Of a stretch of DNA of 32,000 nucleotides, positions 9,222 to 18,548 are shown one piece after another. Under the pieces are notes generated by a model. The model saw nothing but the letters and a program-made list of their open reading frames with translations. It searched no databases and had not been told where the DNA came from. Numbering within the stretch: the stretch's first letter is position 1; each line of letters begins with the position of its first letter. Made by a program: the position numbers and the translations under genes. Source of the DNA: Hyperthermus butylicus DSM 5456. Its GTDB lineage: Archaea > Thermoproteota > Thermoprotei_A > Sulfolobales > Pyrodictiaceae. The stretch is taken from assembly GCF_000015145.1 (NCBI RefSeq), contig NC_008818.1, positions 420,001-452,000 on the forward strand, given 5' to 3'.

Positions 9222-10558
9222 GATGCACAGATGGAGAAACTCCTTTTTACGAAGCACTTCCCGGCACTAGGCAGGTAATAGAGCTAGCTAAGCTTTACCG
9301 GGAAAGGCTGGATGAGAAGGGGCTTAACCCCAAGCTACACCTGGTACCCTCAATGTGTTGGCGCGACAAGGGCTCCCACGTAGAGGCTTGTGGATATAGT
9401 ATTGAGGCATTAGCAGCCATACCCCTAGAGGAGGGGGAGGCTGCAGGCAAGCCAGTACTTCTCACCCACACTGATGACTTAGCCAGACTGGAGCCGGGAA
9501 CCGTAGCCCTCATACCCCTACCCCTTAAGCTCAGTAAGATCCTTGAAGTACTCGCCAGAGCTGCATGGAGAGGTATCGCCGCCATAATCTTCTACTCCAA
9601 GGAGCTGATAAGACCACCCACTTTACGTCTAACGACTCTTCCCACGCCTCTCACGGTTTCTCTCTCAATTTCTGCTGCCAAGAGACTGGCCTCGTGTAGC
9701 TGGGTTAGGGTTGCTGTCTCCGCAGAACTGTACGAGTGCTCTACACCACTTCTACGAGCTGGAGAGCCGAGGGCACCAAGACTGCTTGCACCACTGGGAT
9801 ATCCCCATGGCTCCGGCATTGCGAACGCTGCACGGCTGGCTGTGGAGTTAGCTACGAGGTTTGCAGAAAAGAGAGGCGACACTAGCTCCGTAGTGCTCTA
9901 CTCCCCGAGGCTTGCTGGCACAATACCCTTTATCGGTTCGACTGCAAACATTGTCTCGACTGAAACGAGTATGTTTGGCAGCTTGCTCGTAAGCATTGAG
10001 GGCTACGGAGACGTTATGGATTCTAGTAGCGTGCTCGATAAGCCCCTCTCTGAGGCCTATACACTGCTCCAGCAGGACATCCTGGCCGCGAGAGTCGGCA
10101 GCATCGAGGATAGCTTCCTAGCCGCTTGGCACGAGCGCCGCAGCACCGACATAGACGGGCTCGCTAGACGCCTCAACAGTATCCTTGACAACTCAAGTAC
10201 CCGGCTAAGGGCTTTGCACACACTTCTTCGAAGGATCTACATGGAGCTTGCTTTGACTCCCTTGACCAGGCTCAAGAGCATAGTGTATCGCACTGCAAGG
10301 CTTATAGAGAAGCAGCAAGTGAACGGACTACTCCCCATCACAGCACTTCTCCGCCGCGCCATAGTGCCTGGCCTCGGTGTTGTATGGGGGCTCGGCCTAG
10401 CACACATAGCCTACCGGACTAACAGATCCGGCTGGGCGATTGATGTTGACTCTGGACAGCTTATTCAAGCTTTCCAAGCTAGTGTAAGGCTCCTCGAGCA
10501 TCGCGACGCCATGTTAGCTGAGCGGTTTTACAGGGCTGTGTTGGGCGGAAACCTGTAG
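9218..10558 (+). CDS. Uncharacterised archaeal protein, possibly a divergent M28-peptidase/PA-domain-like protein
   Basis: Full-length 446-aa ORF with 4-nt (ATGA) overlap to infB. PA-like segment GTVALIPLPLKLSKILEVLARAAWRGIAAIIFYSKEL, then PLGYPHGSGIANAARLAVELATRFAEK, resembling the substrate-side region of M28 enzymes; no complete metal-ligand set seen. Confidence 0.6.
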   Translation: MRCTDGETPFYEALPGTRQVIELAKLYRERLDEKGLNPKLHLVPSMCWRDKGSHVEACGYSIEALAAIPLEEGEAAGKPVLLTHTDDLARLEPGTVALIPLPLKLSKILEVLARAAWRGIAAIIFYSKELIRPPTLRLTTLPTPLTVSLSISAAKRLASCSWVRVAVSAELYECSTPLLRAGEPRAPRLLAPLGYPHGSGIANAARLAVELATRFAEKRGDTSSVVLYSPRLAGTIPFIGSTANIVSTETSMFGSLLVSIEGYGDVMDSSSVLDKPLSEAYTLLQQDILAARVGSIEDSFLAAWHERRSTDIDGLARRLNSILDNSSTRLRALHTLLRRIYMELALTPLTRLKSIVYRTARLIEKQQVNGLLPITALLRRAIVPGLGVVWGLGLAHIAYRTNRSGWAIDVDSGQLIQAFQASVRLLEHRDAMLAERFYRAVLGGNL

Positions 10559-11394
10559 ACAATCTCAGATGCTATCTTGCGGGCAGAGGGCCAGCTTATG
10601 GAGCCCCCACTGTAGGATACAAGTCTCCTTGCATACTCGTCGCGAGCATACTCGAGTCCTCTACGCAAGTTCTTCTCCATCTCTGCAGCCGGCAACCATA
10701 TCACGGCATCAAGCCTCATTGCTGGTATGCTAGAAATCTTCGCTATTTCGCTCCAAGCCTCTATAGCTGCATCTGGCCGTGACACTATGGTTGATATGTC
10801 TGCATCAGCTATACCGGATGTTACTGTTATTAATGCTACACGCCTATCAACAGGTAACGGTATTCTCTCTAGCCCCCTAACCTCCACGTTCAAGGCTTTG
10901 AAGAGATAGTAGGCCATCTTGCCTGCAAACACTATCGTCTTCTCATGCCTTCTCGCCCTAAGCTGTCTAGCTAGCATTTCAACCAACAAGCCTACATCGC
11001 TGTAGCGTAGCGGATCACTTGCAACATCCTCAAGGAGAGGAGCTGCACGACGTATCCTCAAGAGCTTCTGCTCTACAAGCCTACGATTGCCACGGCTCTC
11101 TGAGAGGAATCCTCTGAAGGCGGAGACTATTTCCTGTGCCGTTCGAGGGAGCCCGGCTTTAGAGAAGTAGCTTGCAAATTCTAGCCAGTACTCCTCCCCC
11201 TTCAACGTGAGCCGATAGCTTATGAGGGCATTAGCTACAATAACTGCTAGAGCCTCCACACCATATTTTTCAGCTAACATGCTGATAGCCTTGTACTGGG
11301 GATCACGCCTCTCAATAACATCGAGGGCGTGTGGGCTAACAACTGCTAGTGCCTCGCCCACCCGTCTAACCCTTAGACCGTTAATGCTGTACAC
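10528..11394 (-). CDS. N-glycosylase/DNA lyase (archaeal 8-oxoguanine glycosylase, AGOG family)
   Basis: DPQYKAISMLAEKYGVEALAVIVANALISYRLTLKGEEYWLEFASYFS and KTIVFAGKMAYYLFKA...PLPVDRRVALITVTSG match AGOG-like HhH-GPD proteins. Confidence 0.8.
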   Translation of the reverse strand: MYSINGLRVRRVGEALAVVSPHALDVIERRDPQYKAISMLAEKYGVEALAVIVANALISYRLTLKGEEYWLEFASYFSKAGLPRTAQEIVSAFRGFLSESRGNRRLVEQKLLRIRRAAPLLEDVASDPLRYSDVGLLVEMLARQLRARRHEKTIVFAGKMAYYLFKALNVEVRGLERIPLPVDRRVALITVTSGIADADISTIVSRPDAAIEAWSEIAKISSIPAMRLDAVIWLPAAEMEKNLRRGLEYARDEYARRLVSYSGGSISWPSARKIASEIVYRFPPNTAL

Positions 11395-11587
11395 TGCCCT
11401 GTAACCCCATCCTGGGACAGCGGGATGCTAGCAGGTATAAGGGGGAACCAGCGCTAATACCCCTACCCTCCGCTCTCCAACTATGTATGGGCCGTTGAGG
11501 AGAAACACCGGAGGGAACCCAGCTAGTAGGCCCTCGCGGGTTATGACCGGGGTCGGCGTCGCTGAGGCCCCCTACTTTAGCTAATGG

Positions 11588-12604
11588 ATGCTTGGTGGTG
11601 AGTACGTATTGAAGGTGCATATCGTAACACACACGGATCTTGATGGCGTGGCATCAGCCGCGATATATCTTAGGCTTTCGGGGCTAAAGCTAGGGGTGGA
11701 CGCATCCCTCACGTTCACTGAACCCCACAAGCTCCACAAGACGCTCCAGAGCATAGAAAGTGTCAATCGAATAGTAATAATGGATCTGGGCCCTAACACT
11801 TCAACGATAGAGAAGATTGCTGACACGCTCGCCGGCTTCACATCGAAGGGTGTAGCTGTAGAGTGGTATGACCATCACCGCTGGCAGGAGGAGTGGATTG
11901 CAAGACTTAGAGAGCTGGGGGTACGCGTGCACATAGACACTACCACATGCGCTGCTGGTGTAGTTGCACGGTACGCGCCAAAAGAGCTTGGGATTGATGT
12001 TGACGATTATGCTGAGAAACTGGCGGCAATAACCTGTGCCGCTGACCTCTGGCGCTGGGATGAACCAATGGCTACGAGGCTTTACCGCGTAGTAGACAGG
12101 TATCGTGGAGCACGAGGTGACCAGTGGCGCCGTAGACTTGTCGAGGGGTTTGTCTCGGGCTCCCTCTGGTGGCCCGAACTTGATGGAGCTCTTAGCGATT
12201 ATCTCCGCCTAGAGTTTAGCGGGTTTAACTACGCCCTCCGGAACACTGTTGTACGCGACATTAATGGCTGCCGTGTCGTGGCAGTGCTGAAGAGGCCTGG
12301 GCCGCCGAGTGCAAGTATTCTCGGCAACATTCTACTCTCAAGGTTCTCGGCAGACATAGCTGTCATAGTGAGGGCCAGGGGGAGCAAGGGTATAAGCTTC
12401 CGCTCATCAAGAATTAACGTTAGAGAGATAGCCATTAGGCTAGGAGGTGGCGGACATCCCAAGGCTGCTGGGGCTCCCCTTAGTTTGAGCCTCCCGGAGA
12501 GACTCATAGCACTCTTCTACCCTAAGGTCAAGCTTAAGGCTGTCATGAGGAGTGTTGAGGCTGTGTTAAGGGAGCTTGGGGGATGCGAGAAGCTACGACT
12601 GTAG
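11588..12604 (+). CDS. DHH/DHHA1-family phosphoesterase (RecJ/NrnA-like)
   Basis: VHIVTHTDLDGVASAAIYLR, IVIMDLGP, VEWYDHHRW, GGGGHPKAAGA; catalytic motifs intact. Confidence 0.88.
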   Translation: MLGGEYVLKVHIVTHTDLDGVASAAIYLRLSGLKLGVDASLTFTEPHKLHKTLQSIESVNRIVIMDLGPNTSTIEKIADTLAGFTSKGVAVEWYDHHRWQEEWIARLRELGVRVHIDTTTCAAGVVARYAPKELGIDVDDYAEKLAAITCAADLWRWDEPMATRLYRVVDRYRGARGDQWRRRLVEGFVSGSLWWPELDGALSDYLRLEFSGFNYALRNTVVRDINGCRVVAVLKRPGPPSASILGNILLSRFSADIAVIVRARGSKGISFRSSRINVREIAIRLGGGGHPKAAGAPLSLSLPERLIALFYPKVKLKAVMRSVEAVLRELGGCEKLRL

Positions 12605-13161
12605 CCGGAATAGATCTAGCTGCATCGCCGCACCGGCCTACCGGTGTGGCTATAGCTTGGCGCACCACCGACAAGTGGCGCCTTACCAGCGTCACGACTG
12701 CATCCTATACAGATAGCCAGCTGATAGACCTCCTAGCTGGAAGCGGCGTCCAGATAGTCGTGGTTGACGCTCCCCTAACCTTGCCAGAGACTGGCGGTTT
12801 CCGCCGTGTTGAGAAATTGTTTCTCCGTATTGGTGCACGCCTCCTGCCCCTAACAATAGGATCAATGCGCAAGCTAGCAGCTAGAGCTGCGAGGCTTGCT
12901 AAGACGCTGAGGGACCTTGACATGGAGGTCTACGAGACTCATCCAGCCAGCGTTCTCAGAATAGCTGGCTGCAATAGTGTGGAAGAGCTACTCCGCGTCA
13001 TAGGAATTGATGCTGGCCAGCCACTCCCAGCTAGTAGACATGCTTTGGATGCCGTTGTAGCTGTTACTGTAGCTGTGTGCATCGTTGAGGGGTGTGCCGA
13101 GAGCGTTGCTGCAGAGGACGGAGAGATTTTTTACATTCGGAGAAAAATATGCGAAAGGTAA
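12583..13161 (+). CDS. DUF429-family predicted RNase H-like nuclease
   Basis: VAGIDLAASPHRPTGVAIAW, VVVDAPLTLPETGGFRRVEKLFLRIGARLLPLTIGSMRKLAARA, VYETHPASVLRIAG, ALDAVVAV. Confidence 0.8.
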   Translation: MREATTVAGIDLAASPHRPTGVAIAWRTTDKWRLTSVTTASYTDSQLIDLLAGSGVQIVVVDAPLTLPETGGFRRVEKLFLRIGARLLPLTIGSMRKLAARAARLAKTLRDLDMEVYETHPASVLRIAGCNSVEELLRVIGIDAGQPLPASRHALDAVVAVTVAVCIVEGCAESVAAEDGEIFYIRRKICER

Positions 13162-13260
13162 GAACTACACTACACACGTTCAAGTTTTCTACCGCCCCGT
13201 TCTAGTAGAGAATTTCTTTTTATACCCGCACAAACTGTGGTATAGAAACGGTGAAAAGGC

Positions 13261-13503
13261 ATGGCCAAGCTACGTGTAAGAATCGACAGAGACCAGTGCA
13301 TTGCTGACATGGTTTGTGTGAGCCTATGTCCAGACGTCTTCGAGATAAATGAAGAGGACGGCAAGAGCCAGATTAAGGCTCAGTGGCGCATTGACCCGAA
13401 CAACCCAGCTGAGGGCGAGGTAACTGAGGAGCTCAAGGATTGTGTAACCTCTGCTGCTGAGTCTTGTCCAGTAAGCATCATACATGTAGAGGAGGTGAGC
13501 TAA
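13261..13503 (+). CDS. Ferredoxin, short crenarchaeal-type
   Basis: VRIDRDQCIADMVCVSLCPDVFEINEEDGKSQ...CVTSAAESCPVSIIHVEE; TATA-like TTTTTATAC upstream. Confidence 0.92.
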   Translation: MAKLRVRIDRDQCIADMVCVSLCPDVFEINEEDGKSQIKAQWRIDPNNPAEGEVTEELKDCVTSAAESCPVSIIHVEEVS

Positions 13504-13542
13504 CACCTACTCTCAACGCATAGAACCGCCTACTCCCTGTTT

Positions 13543-14253
13543 TTAGTTCTTGTCAACTTCTCCGCTAACACTGTTCCACTCAGTGTTGAATATCAAGTAT
13601 ATCTCGCGGGCTCTCTTTTCACCGATACCCCTCACCGACATTAGCTCCTGCACACTAGCGTTTGCTATGCGGCGAAGCGTCCCAAACCTTTCGAGAAGTC
13701 TGCGGGCCAGTGTTGGGCCTACAAGGCCTTCAGCAACGTAGAGTATACGCTCGGCTAGGCTCATTGGCTTCTTCTCTACACGCAGCCTCACAACGCGTTT
13801 CTCCTCGGTCCTACCAAGGCTCCTCGCTTTAGCCGCCAACCATGCAATTGTTGCTTGCTTGTTGTGTGTCGGGATTACGGGTATGCCCCAGTCGAGTACG
13901 AGTTCATCTATAACCCTTAACACCGCTGCTATGTTCCACCTTGTCCTCTTTTCAACTAGGCCTAGCCAGCCTTCGAGAACAATGACTGGTTTTATGCCCT
14001 CCCTGGCTGCAGCTTCTCTCAGCCTCTTAGCTTGGTCCCAGACACGGTTATCCCTAATACTGTTGGCGAAGTCTATAACAGTCTTCCTCTCGACGAGCAG
14101 TGCCTTAGACGGGTCTGTTGCAAGGAGGTAGTAGTCGCCTGCCTCCAACTCTTGAACCGCAACGCGCAGTCCACGGCTCCGCAGTCCCTCAACTATATCC
14201 TGGTTCTTTGAAGCCTCACGACTATCAACTATTACGTCGACGGGTACTAGCAA
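13543..14253 (-). CDS. xpf: XPF/ERCC4-type structure-specific endonuclease (crenarchaeal short XPF)
   Basis: VDVIVDSREASKNQDIVEGLRSRG, LLVERKTVIDFANSIRDNRVWDQAKRL plus C-terminal (HhH)2 GPTLARRLLERFGTLRRIANASVQELMSVRGIGEKRAREIY. Start refined to TTG at 14253; the upstream ORF extension does not look coding. Confidence 0.92.
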   Translation of the reverse strand: MLVPVDVIVDSREASKNQDIVEGLRSRGLRVAVQELEAGDYYLLATDPSKALLVERKTVIDFANSIRDNRVWDQAKRLREAAAREGIKPVIVLEGWLGLVEKRTRWNIAAVLRVIDELVLDWGIPVIPTHNKQATIAWLAAKARSLGRTEEKRVVRLRVEKKPMSLAERILYVAEGLVGPTLARRLLERFGTLRRIANASVQELMSVRGIGEKRAREIYLIFNTEWNSVSGEVDKN

Positions 14254-14350
14254 CTTCCCGGAGAGTATGGGCAAGGCTTTCCTCCCTAGCTCCTCGCGGG
14301 GAGAGCTATTCGTATCAGGTGCCGTGCTATAGGCTGCACGGGTTGAGACC

Positions 14351-14890
14351 GTGACTGTGCAGGTCGGGTTTGCAGCATATAGTGGTGAGCCTAAACCAGT
14401 GCATATAGAGGCTGTGAATGATATTATGGAGGGCCTATTCTCAGAGTGCGAACCGGATACTGTGACAATTCTGCTCGGAGGATATCGCGGCTTAATGAGG
14501 CTTATAGCTGATGCCGCAATGAAGCATGGTGTTGGAAGACTCGTGTTCATCATACCACCAGAATATGAGGCTATGAGCTATCCGGAGGGTTCGGTGGTTA
14601 TCCGTACCGGGCTCGGTGTAAGGGAGAGAAGTAGCATACTCGTCCGTAGTTCTGACGTGCTCGTAGTTGTTGGCGGCGGCATTGGCACCCTCTTCGAGGT
14701 TATGCTGGCCTGTAGCTATGGCATACCGGTACTAATGCTTAGAGGGACTGGGCTTGAGAGTGACCGATTCGCTAACTGCTACAGCGACGGTATTCTCGAT
14801 TCCAGGCTCGGACGCTGCATAGACTACTACAACGACCCGAAGCTCCTTGGTGCTGAGGCCTGCCGAGTTGCGAGGAGGAAGGCTAAGTAG
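14351..14890 (+). CDS. LOG/SLOG Rossmann-fold family protein (LOG / molybdenum-cofactor-carrier-like)
   Basis: VGFAAYSGEPK, VTILLGGYRGLMRLIADAAMKHG, VLVVVGGGIGTLFEVMLACSYGIPVLMLRGTG. Confidence 0.75.
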   Translation: MTVQVGFAAYSGEPKPVHIEAVNDIMEGLFSECEPDTVTILLGGYRGLMRLIADAAMKHGVGRLVFIIPPEYEAMSYPEGSVVIRTGLGVRERSSILVRSSDVLVVVGGGIGTLFEVMLACSYGIPVLMLRGTGLESDRFANCYSDGILDSRLGRCIDYYNDPKLLGAEACRVARRKAK

Positions 14891-14935
14891 TCTCTCCACC
14901 AACAGTGTATAAGCGGCTCCAGCGGGTGTATAACC

Positions 14936-16060
14936 TTGTACCGTTCCAGGCTTAGGAAGCTCGAAGGCCTGGCAGAGGAGAAGAATGTCTGCGGAGCACT
15001 AATAGTCTCAGCCTCTAACGTGTTCTACTTCACCGGGTTTAAGGGCGGTTTCCTCCTCTATAGCAGGAATGTAGGGTTTAGGCTGCTCGTACCAGCCCTG
15101 GAGTATCTACGCGCCTATGACACTGTACGAGAGAATGCGCTTGATGACCTGGTCACTGTTGTAGCTTACAAGCCATACGGCTTACCAGGCGAACTAAAAC
15201 TAGACATTGAAGGCGAAGAGATTGTTGAGGGTAAGGCTATAGACGCTATTGCGAAATTTGTTGGCAAGGGGTGTATATTACTAACTGATGCTGATTCGAA
15301 ACAGTTCATCTCGGAGCTTGAGGCTAAGGAGTTGAAACTTCAAGATGCTTCTAAAGACATAGCTCTAATGAGGGCGCTGAAGGAGCCCTGGGAGATTGAG
15401 CGCATGACGGAGGCGGCAAGAATTGCTGAGGCAGCTCTCAACGAGGCACTTGCAAACCTCGAGCCCGGGGTTACGGAGCTTGAAATAGCCGCAATCATAG
15501 AACGGGAGATACGGGTAAGAGGGGCTGAGGACCACTCCTTCCCACCAATAGTAGCGTTTGGAAAGAACACGGTCTACCCTCACGCCATACCCTCTGCTAG
15601 GCGAAGACTCGAGGATGGCCAACCAGTGCTCATAGACCTCGGAGCGGTGTATAAGGGGTACTGCAGCGACATGACTAGAACGGTTGACTTTGGCGGTGTT
15701 GGCGACGAGTTTACAGCCGCGCTGAGAACTGTTATAGATGCTGTTGAAGCTGCAATAGACGCTATAGAGCCCGGTAAGAAGATAGGAGAGGTAGATGCTG
15801 CTGCTAGGAGAATTCTTGAGAAGCACGGCTATGCCAAGTACTTTATACATAGCCTGGGCCACGGAGTTGGAATAGACGTACATGAATACCCGCGAGTATC
15901 AAGCGACAACAATGACGAACTAAAGCCAGGCATGGTGATAACAATAGAGCCAGGAGTGTATATACCCGGTAAGTTCGGAGTTAGAGTCGAAGAGATGGTG
16001 CTAGTGACAGAGCGGGGTCCAAGACTGCTAACAAGGTTCCCACGAGAGCTATGGGTCTAG
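14936..16060 (+). CDS. pepQ: Xaa-Pro aminopeptidase / M24 dipeptidase (PepQ-like)
   Basis: FPPIVAFGKNTVYPHAIPS, VLIDLGAVYKGYCSDMTRTV, FIHSLGHGVGIDVHEYPR, ITIEPGVYIPGKFGVRVEEMVLV: complete M24 metal-ligand set. Confidence 0.94.
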   Translation: MYRSRLRKLEGLAEEKNVCGALIVSASNVFYFTGFKGGFLLYSRNVGFRLLVPALEYLRAYDTVRENALDDLVTVVAYKPYGLPGELKLDIEGEEIVEGKAIDAIAKFVGKGCILLTDADSKQFISELEAKELKLQDASKDIALMRALKEPWEIERMTEAARIAEAALNEALANLEPGVTELEIAAIIEREIRVRGAEDHSFPPIVAFGKNTVYPHAIPSARRRLEDGQPVLIDLGAVYKGYCSDMTRTVDFGGVGDEFTAALRTVIDAVEAAIDAIEPGKKIGEVDAAARRILEKHGYAKYFIHSLGHGVGIDVHEYPRVSSDNNDELKPGMVITIEPGVYIPGKFGVRVEEMVLVTERGPRLLTRFPRELWV

Positions 16061-16224
16061 AGAATATGGTAGACATGCTACACCCTATATTCCTCCCATT
16101 ACCTATTAGTCTTTCTCATCAAAACAAGAACCAGCCATGTAGCTAATTCATGACATTTTGCAGGTTTAGCCGATAGGATGTAGAATCCTAATACGACTGC
16201 TCCTACCCTTCACAACATAACTAT

Positions 16225-17415
16225 GTGGGGCTGCTGGAAGTGGCATATGCTGGTGTTGCTGATTTACCACTACATACGGGGCATGTACCTGCATGGCTAG
16301 CCGCATACATGAAGAAGCTTGCCAGGGCTATAATGGAGGCTGTTGTGGAGTTTTATGGCCCCCGTAGGCTCGTGGAGTATTTTGCTGATCCAGTCTGGTT
16401 TCAAGCTTTCAACAATGCTATAGGCATGGACTGGGATAGTAGTGGTTCGACAACAGTAACTATTGGTATTGTGCGGCAGGTTGTAGAGGAGACCCCCCAC
16501 CTGGGCATCGGCGTTGCCGGTGGTAAAGGTAGGAGGGCGAGAGAAACACCGAAAGATTTAGAGATTATTGGAGAGAGGCTGGGGCTTCCCTCGAGAATTG
16601 TAGAAGAGCTTAAGTATGTGTCAAGGCTCGCTGCTAAGACCGATTCTGCCGTATTACAGGATGGCTATACGCTTTACCACCACTCTGTTATAGTGTCTGA
16701 GGATGGCGCTTGGGTTGTCATACAGCAGGGTATGAATGTCGAGGCTAAGATGGCGCGTCGTTACCACTGGCGTAGCCCACTGCCACGGACGCCAACTCTC
16801 GAACCACACTCTGCTATTGCTTCTCAGCGCCGCGAAGACTTTGTAGTTGATCTAACAAGCAGAAAGAGTCTTGAGGCTCGAAGACTAATAGTTGACTTGG
16901 CTAGCGAGAATCCCTCCAGACTTGCTAGTAGTATACGTGAGGCTTACGCGCTTGCTAAAGGCATTGTGCCATTAACAATGTGGAGCAATGTTAGGGATGA
17001 AGCGCGCAGAGTTATTGAGCAGTACAGACGCTACTATAGGCCTCAGCTAAAACCGCCCAAGAACATAGAGGCTGTGCTTAGGAGAGTCTGGGAGTTGTCT
17101 CCCAGGAGCTTTGAGGAGCTTGTAATGATTGAAGGGGTTGGTCCAGCCACGCTTAGAAGCCTAGCCCTCGTCGCAGAAATCATATATGGTGTCCCAATTA
17201 GCCATCACGACCCGGCATCGTCCCCTATAGATCCGTTCCGCTACGCCTACATAGCTGGAGGTAAGGATGGCGTACCATTTCCCTTCCGTAGAGACTATGC
17301 CGAGAAGGTGCTGGAGTTTCTTGAGGCTGTAATTCGAGAGGCTAGACTCGACGAGAAGTCCAAGCGCCGGGCACTGGCAAGAATACAGAGGCTTGCAAGT
17401 CTACTACCTAAATAG
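16225..17415 (+). CDS. DUF763-family protein with C-terminal HhH-like motif
   Basis: GVADLPLHTGHVPAWLAAYMKKLARAI, GIGVAGGKGRRARETPKDLE, WVVIQQGMN, YHWRSPLPRTPTLEPHSAIAS, EGVGPATLRSLALVAEIIYG. Confidence 0.85.
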   Translation: MGLLEVAYAGVADLPLHTGHVPAWLAAYMKKLARAIMEAVVEFYGPRRLVEYFADPVWFQAFNNAIGMDWDSSGSTTVTIGIVRQVVEETPHLGIGVAGGKGRRARETPKDLEIIGERLGLPSRIVEELKYVSRLAAKTDSAVLQDGYTLYHHSVIVSEDGAWVVIQQGMNVEAKMARRYHWRSPLPRTPTLEPHSAIASQRREDFVVDLTSRKSLEARRLIVDLASENPSRLASSIREAYALAKGIVPLTMWSNVRDEARRVIEQYRRYYRPQLKPPKNIEAVLRRVWELSPRSFEELVMIEGVGPATLRSLALVAEIIYGVPISHHDPASSPIDPFRYAYIAGGKDGVPFPFRRDYAEKVLEFLEAVIREARLDEKSKRRALARIQRLASLLPK

Positions 17416-17469
17416 AGACATCCCTTGCACCGTCAAGGTCGAGTAAAACCAGGTAAGCGTCTTACCCGC

Positions 17470-17880
17470 CTAGCCTGCTGGCCTCTCGCTACGCTTCTCT
17501 ATCAGTACAGCATTTATGACTCCGTCCTGGCCGGGCCTCGATGTTACCACAGCCTTACCAAGCTCCGTCTCTATGATTGTACCCTTAACTATTATGTTTG
17601 CACGCGCATAGTGCGGGTTTGCTGGTGTCTCAACAACTCTTAGAATGCGAACTTTACGCGCTGTATTAGTCTCCGGATCGATGACATTTGCATACGCAGC
17701 TCTCTTCAGCCTTATCTTATAGTTTCCACCGCGAACCCTTATGTGGACCCTTACGTCGCGGTTATCTAGCCTTGTGAATGTTGGATATCTGCCCATCCAG
17801 TACTTCCTCTTAACCTTCTGGTGCGGACGCTTCTTGCCGCCCGTAGGCTTCTTTAGGTCGTTACCATGGTAAACGCCCAT
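17470..17880 (-). CDS. rps8e: 30S ribosomal protein S8e
   Basis: HGNDLKKPTGGKKRPHQKVKRKYWMGRYPTFTRLD...VRTHIRVRGGNYKIRLKRAAYANV-type sequence, archaeal S8e. Confidence 0.95.
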   Translation of the reverse strand: MGVYHGNDLKKPTGGKKRPHQKVKRKYWMGRYPTFTRLDNRDVRVHIRVRGGNYKIRLKRAAYANVIDPETNTARKVRILRVVETPANPHYARANIIVKGTIIETELGKAVVTSRPGQDGVINAVLIEKRSERPAG

Positions 17881-17925
17881 CTAGCCTTCGCCCCCTAGTG
17901 GTTATTGGCGCAGCTGCCTGGCTGC

Positions 17926-18495
17926 CTATAAGTTCTCTCCGCCGCTGAGCAGCTCGGTATAATGTGGCAGCTCGGTGTATAGGTCCGGGTTGAGCCTGGG
18001 CACGAGAGCCATTAATACAGCTAGGTATGTGAGGTCTGTACGCGTTACTAGACCGCGAGTGAGGTAGCCTATTATGCCTAGCCTCTCCCCGATGTCCCTG
18101 CGGCCTGTGACCCTGGTAGCTATTTCGCCTAGCTCGACTCGCCTTCTAAGCTCGGGGAGCCAGCTGCGCGGTATTGGGAATGCTGGGCTAAACCCTATGC
18201 TTACCCCGCCATTGGAGTCTACAACCACTGCTACTTGCAACTCTAGGGGCTCAACATATTCCACGAGGCCAGCCTCGACTCCTACTCCATAGTCCGCCGA
18301 GAGCCTCTTCTGTGCCTCAAGGGCGCGACTTATCGCACCACGAAGTACCTCGTCCAGTCCAATAGGCTGAACAGGCACTCCACTCTCAACAGCAACACCC
18401 TCAACAACAGCTTCACATAGCAACCTTAGGGCACGGCGGACAGCATTAACTTTCACCGGGTTTGTTGAGCCAACAGCTACTCTGCAAACCCCCAC
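17926..18495 (-). CDS. Inosine/xanthosine triphosphatase, DUF84/YjjX family
   Basis: RVAVGSTNPVKVNAVRRAL, SGVPVQPIGLDEVLRGAISRALEAQK, YGVGVEAGLVE, GYLTRGLVTRTDLTYLAVLMAL. Confidence 0.88.
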   Translation of the reverse strand: MGVCRVAVGSTNPVKVNAVRRALRLLCEAVVEGVAVESGVPVQPIGLDEVLRGAISRALEAQKRLSADYGVGVEAGLVEYVEPLELQVAVVVDSNGGVSIGFSPAFPIPRSWLPELRRRVELGEIATRVTGRRDIGERLGIIGYLTRGLVTRTDLTYLAVLMALVPRLNPDLYTELPHYTELLSGGENL

Positions 18496-18548
18496 ACTAA
18501 AACACCAGGTTGGAACATGGGGAACTACGGGTAATTATCGCTTCAGCA

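Noticed and set aside
15365-15883. 172-aa minus-strand ORF inside pepQ
   Set aside because: Antisense shadow of a clear M24 peptidase; no recognisable domain.
16061-16224. Possible C/D box sRNA (TTGATGAG on the minus strand near 16118)
   Set aside because: No matching box D (CTGA) at proper spacing and no C'/D' pair; weak chance match.
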